Origin: Lama glama
Taxonomy: Eukaryota
Assembly (NCBI GenBank): GCA_028534125.1
Contig: CM052818.1
Location: 33,048,001-33,108,000 of the forward strand
DNA length: 60,000 bases
Direction of reading: 5' to 3'
Below, one piece after another: positions 59,316 through 60,000 of the stretch (the first letter of the stretch is position 1; the number at the start of each line of letters is the position of its first letter). The translations under genes and the position numbers were made by a program. A model generated the notes under the pieces. That model did no database searches and was not told the DNA's origin. It worked only from the letters and a program-made list of their open reading frames with translations.

Positions 59316-60000
59316 GATGCTCTTCAACCCAGATGTATGTTCTCATGAGTGGCATTTCAGGATGGGGGAAAGACAATCAGGGAGTCTCATGCATCACCCT
59401 GGAGTCGAGATAAACATCAGAATAACCCGCACAGCTTTTCAAGTTGTGCCTCCCCTCCCTTTAAACTTCACTGATACACTCAGCCACTAATCCAGAGGGA
59501 ATGTGTTGTATCCCTCAGGTGTGGGGGCAGAAAAAAAAGCTGGGAACCACGGATCAAAAGAGATCAGCATCTGGAGGAAAGAGCTGGATGAATAAGCAAT
59601 GCTGACTCCTCCCCAGTGGCCTTACACAACCTCCTTTACATTCCAAGGGAGACCATCCCAGCTTAAGTACTCTGAGACATGAGACATGTCCTCACCCACC
59701 ATGATTCCCATTTCATGTATGGGATACACACCAAGGAGAAGATAGGAAAACAAGGAAGTCAAGAAACTATCGCTCTAGAGGCAGTCCTAATAGTATTAAA
59801 ACGGAATGTTCCGCATCTGGGTGGTAGTTACATCTATATGTATGTAAAAAAAATTCATCTAGCTCTATCCTCAGATTAGGGCACTCTACTATATGTTACC
59901 TTTAATTTAAAAAAAAAGTGAACAACAGCAAAACCTCTTTGTTGCCTTAGACCACATTTAGCATTATACTAAAGTTTATACAACACTTCCCAGAAAGCAG

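Overview
Mammalian genomic DNA; the repeat content suggests a cetartiodactyl, probably a camelid (inference). The window holds one complete protein-coding gene, FOSL2 (Fra-2, AP-1 bZIP), on the minus strand. Its 4 coding exons (54136-54237, 44079-44330, 39428-39535, 36516-37037) have GT-AG junctions and give 984 nt = 327 aa + TAA. It has a CpG-island promoter (TSS inferred near 55049), an AUG-free ~810-nt leader and a ~4.8-kb 3' UTR ending at an AATAAA near 31744. The ~31 kb downstream is intergenic, with L1, L2, MIR, MLT1 and Tigger relics. No RNA genes, CRISPR arrays or second gene are recognisable, and nearly all listed ORFs look spurious. The most notable unexplained structure is a ~150-bp inverted repeat pair (28535-28675 / 29910-30060) just past the poly(A) site, whose transition mismatches all become G-U pairs only on the FOSL2-sense strand. 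Other candidates are a cryptic phase-0 intron in the leader, an in-frame alternative acceptor adding a hydrophobic segment, and clusters of STAT-like and ZNF143-like motifs in intron 1. All are hypotheses from sequence alone.
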